Source: Pyrinomonadaceae bacterium (GTDB lineage: Bacteria > Acidobacteriota > Blastocatellia > Pyrinomonadales > Pyrinomonadaceae). Taken from it: a stretch of DNA of 24,892 nt. Positions 22,431 through 24,892 of the stretch are shown piece by piece. Numbering within the stretch: position 1 is the stretch's first letter; every line of letters starts with the position of its first letter. A program made the position numbers and the translations under genes. The DNA is taken from NCBI GenBank assembly GCA_035697925.1, contig DASSCG010000354.1, positions 1 to 24,892 of the forward strand, read 5' to 3'. The notes beneath the pieces are model-generated. The model was given only the letters and a program-made list of their open reading frames with translations, had not been told where the DNA came from and did not search any database.

Positions 22431-23155
22431 GCCTGACCTTCCAACGCTGATTCATCCATTACTCGTAACGTGTCGAGGATGAGGTTGGTATTGCTCAGCG
22501 ATTGGATGGTAATTGGAAATGTATCTGCAGACTTTTGAAATTCAAAACTGCCGTTAGTTATTTCAACAATACGACGAAAACCTGCCTCGCCCTTTTCTCC
22601 AGCCGATTCGGCATCGACAATTCGTCCCTCATTAAAAAATACCCGACCCGTTTTTGAATCCCCTTTGAGCACCAGCTCACCCGTCAACTTAGCGTTCTCC
22701 AGAACCTGCACAGCATCGAAGACACTTATTGAGGCCAAATCGCCGGCCAACGTTGCGTATGTTCGAGCGACTGTCGGCTCGGCCGGCGTTGCAGCAGGGC
22801 TCAGATCAGGTCGTCGCGCACGGCGAATAGCTTCCAGACCACCCGCAATATTTATGCGCGGATCGATTTGCTTAGCCTCAAGCAGTCGCTCGTGGGCCGT
22901 GTTGAAGTCTTCTCGTTCAATGTAAATGCTGGCGAGCCCGAGACACTGGCGTGCCGCCTCGGCAGTCTGTTTCGCGGTGATTGAAATTTCTCGCAGCCGT
23001 TCGCGCAACGGAATGGACCGCGGATTACGTTCAAGCGCAGTGCGGAGTCGCTCTATAGCCTTGTCCGGCGCTTTGTATTTAAGGAATAACTCGGCATCGA
23101 GGATAGCCGTGTCGACGTCACTTACATGCTCTGACTCGGATTGGGAGTTGACCAT
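22427..23155 (-). CDS. TPR-like + DUF4388 (PATAN-like) domain protein
   Basis: 242 aa from ATG 23155. N-terminal TPR-like helices (AELFLKYKAPDKAIERLRTALERNP), then LAGDLASISVFDAVQVLENAKLTGELVL...GRVFFNEGRIVDA...GSFEF...LILDTLRVMDE, a typical DUF4388 pattern. The upstream 72 codons of the ORF-track call look non-coding. Confidence 0.85.
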   Translation of the reverse strand: MVNSQSESEHVSDVDTAILDAELFLKYKAPDKAIERLRTALERNPRSIPLRERLREISITAKQTAEAARQCLGLASIYIEREDFNTAHERLLEAKQIDPRINIAGGLEAIRRARRPDLSPAATPAEPTVARTYATLAGDLASISVFDAVQVLENAKLTGELVLKGDSKTGRVFFNEGRIVDAESAGEKGEAGFRRIVEITNGSFEFQKSADTFPITIQSLSNTNLILDTLRVMDESALEGQA

Positions 23156-23217
23156 AGTTGGGTCTGAAGTTCGGGAATTCCGGATGGTGCTTCTGGGGGC
23201 GCCCCGGGTTCTGGCGG

Positions 23218-23226
23218 AGTTTATCA
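23218..23226 (-). promoter_or_regulatory. Putative extended -10 element for the DUF4388 gene (TGaTAAACT)
   Basis: TG-N-TAnnnT 62 nt upstream of ATG 23155 and inside the spurious N-terminal extension, which supports the later start. Confidence 0.45.
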
Positions 23227-23774
23227 CAGGAGATTCGTACCGCTCCGGGCATCCTTTTGGAATCCAAGGCTCACCATATCGTATGTCGGGAAAGTTCTGC
23301 GGCTTGGGCTGTAGAAAGGCGCTATTTGACCATGTAAAAAACACATCGTTGGAGGAAGGCTTTGAGGGCAAAAAGCAGCGCTAAATGGAGAATTTACAGG
23401 CTGCGCTTATCTCTGTCTGGGTCATGCTCTGCTCCCAGATGTTACTCGGATATGCGGCACGCAAGCTGCGAAGCGAATGTTGGGGGATTCGAATAAAAGC
23501 CTAAAACCAAATTCCCGAAGGCCTCGTATGGTTGATAGGTACAATTGGAAGGTGAATGAAATGGCTAGATGGATGACCCGGAGAATTCAACGCTCGCGTG
23601 CACGCTGCCAGAGGGCAGTTAGTTCACAGAAGGACAGTTCTGTGGACCAGCGTGTTGGACCCTCAAAAAGAGAATCGGTACAAGTTTCAACTGAGACTTC
23701 TGTCGAAAGACGATGAGATTGCTACGGCTTAACTTACTCTACCCGCCGTTCAAGAACACTCACGCCAGCTCAGC

Positions 23775-24892
23775 TTAGAAGTCCATTCTTATTCCCACGC
23801 GAATCTGCCGCGGACGAAGTGTTCGCGACGTAACTAGAAAAGAATTCAGAAACGACTTCCGCTGTTCAGCGCTCGCTGATAGGGCCAGCGCGCTGAAGTT
23901 AATAAACTCCGCACCGAAACTGAAACCAGTTTTATTTAGAACATTGTCGAACTCTATGACCGGTCTTAACCGGATCCTTTCGGTGAAGTGAAATTCGCGC
24001 GTCACGCTGAGGTCGAAGATAAAAAAGCCCGGTCCGCTTCCGGCGTTGCGTGGAAGATTCCCTGACTGTCCAATAGTTGGCAGGGCAAACAGACTGACGA
24101 TAGCCGGATCAATTGGGTCGTTGGGTCCTCTCCAACGCAACAGCGCAGTGTCTCCATAGAAGTTAGGTCGATCATTCCCGACGTCATCGAGGTTACGATC
24201 GACGCCGCCGAGCGAAATATTGAATGGCGCCCCCGATGCCAGACGGAGGGCTGGTGAAAGGCTCAGCTTGCCCAGAAACGCCGGCAGGTTGAATGATCCC
24301 GAGAAGACAAACCTGTGCTTCCGATCGAGTAGACTTCGCGCGCGTTCGCGTCGAAAGTCTCCGGGCGTAAGCGCGTCGGAAGTATTGACGACTCCATCGT
24401 CGATTAGATTAGACAGTGTATAGGCGGTTCGAAATGAGAAGCCGAGTCCACGCGGTCCCTGCGTAAACGTCTTGCGAAGCTCAATCGTGAGACCCTGATA
24501 AAAACTGTTGCCCACCGAAATTAATTGTTCGACCTCGGCGCGCGTAGGATCAGGCCTAAGATCATTTACAGCTGCCAGGGCAACTTCGATCGAGGTCGTT
24601 GACGTTAAACTATTCAAATTGATCAGTGAAACGGGAATCCCGAATTCATTCCGGTGACCAACCAGATTCGGATTCGAAGTGTCCGGCGAGGTGAATACAA
24701 ACCTCACGAGTTCACCTGCCGTCGACGCATTGTAGATTGGGCGATCCGTCCCAGGCCCGCGGCGGAAATTAGGAAAGTCACGCGACGCCAGATAATCCGA
24801 AAAATTCTTAAAGCCCAGCGGAAGCACGGGAGCATTTGCATTAAATTCCCGCCACAAGTGAATGCCCCGGTTAAGAGTGTAGTTTGCCTCCA
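23775..24892 (-). CDS. TonB-dependent receptor-like outer-membrane beta-barrel (Oar-like), C-terminal part, 5'-truncated by the window edge
   Basis: The frame stays open to the window end (EANYTLNRGIHLWREFN...). It contains SFYQGLTIELRK, FSFRTAYTLS, SLLDRKHRFVFSG and FDLSVTREF, and ends QIRVGIRMDF (C-terminal Phe beta-signal). Confidence 0.88.
   Translation of the reverse strand, partial: EANYTLNRGIHLWREFNANAPVLPLGFKNFSDYLASRDFPNFRRGPGTDRPIYNASTAGELVRFVFTSPDTSNPNLVGHRNEFGIPVSLINLNSLTSTTSIEVALAAVNDLRPDPTRAEVEQLISVGNSFYQGLTIELRKTFTQGPRGLGFSFRTAYTLSNLIDDGVVNTSDALTPGDFRRERARSLLDRKHRFVFSGSFNLPAFLGKLSLSPALRLASGAPFNISLGGVDRNLDDVGNDRPNFYGDTALLRWRGPNDPIDPAIVSLFALPTIGQSGNLPRNAGSGPGFFIFDLSVTREFHFTERIRLRPVIEFDNVLNKTGFSFGAEFINFSALALSASAEQRKSFLNSFLVTSRTLRPRQIRVGIRMDF

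Noticed and set aside
23227-23774. Small gene or RNA in the gap before the TonB receptor stop (ORF 23477-23716)
   Set aside because: There is no convincing RBS, motif, stable hairpin or tRNA-like fold visible by eye.

Overview
A 24.9-kb gene-dense chromosomal segment with no mobile element, CRISPR array, rRNA or tRNA. Its gene content (Oar-like TonB-dependent receptor, carboxypeptidase-regulatory-like secreted protein, kinase-TolB-TPR fusion, DUF4388 protein) suggests Acidobacteriota, possibly Blastocatellia/Pyrinomonadaceae; this is inference only. It carries alaS, three separately terminated peptidoglycan-remodelling genes (PG-binding protein, SLT lytic transglycosylase, 3D-domain protein), and an asparaginase-II / unknown / class-V PLP enzyme unit. 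It also carries a long minus-strand envelope run: Trm112-like > GT9 heptosyltransferase > heptose-7-P kinase > Ser/Thr kinase > DacB > DapF > beta-propeller lipoprotein > GATase. Four observations stand out. (1) The 3D gene has a ~120-nt multi-branched 5' leader with a potential pseudoknot and a mutually exclusive 12-bp helix that would sequester the Shine-Dalgarno, making it a riboswitch-like candidate that matches no family I recognise by eye. (2) Both catalytic cysteines of the DapF are serines. (3) An inverted array of 7-bp repeats sits over the -35 regions of two back-to-back promoters. (4) A cytoplasmic Hanks kinase appears translationally coupled within an LPS-heptose/peptidoglycan operon. 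All structure and promoter calls were made by eye, with no folding or database searches.
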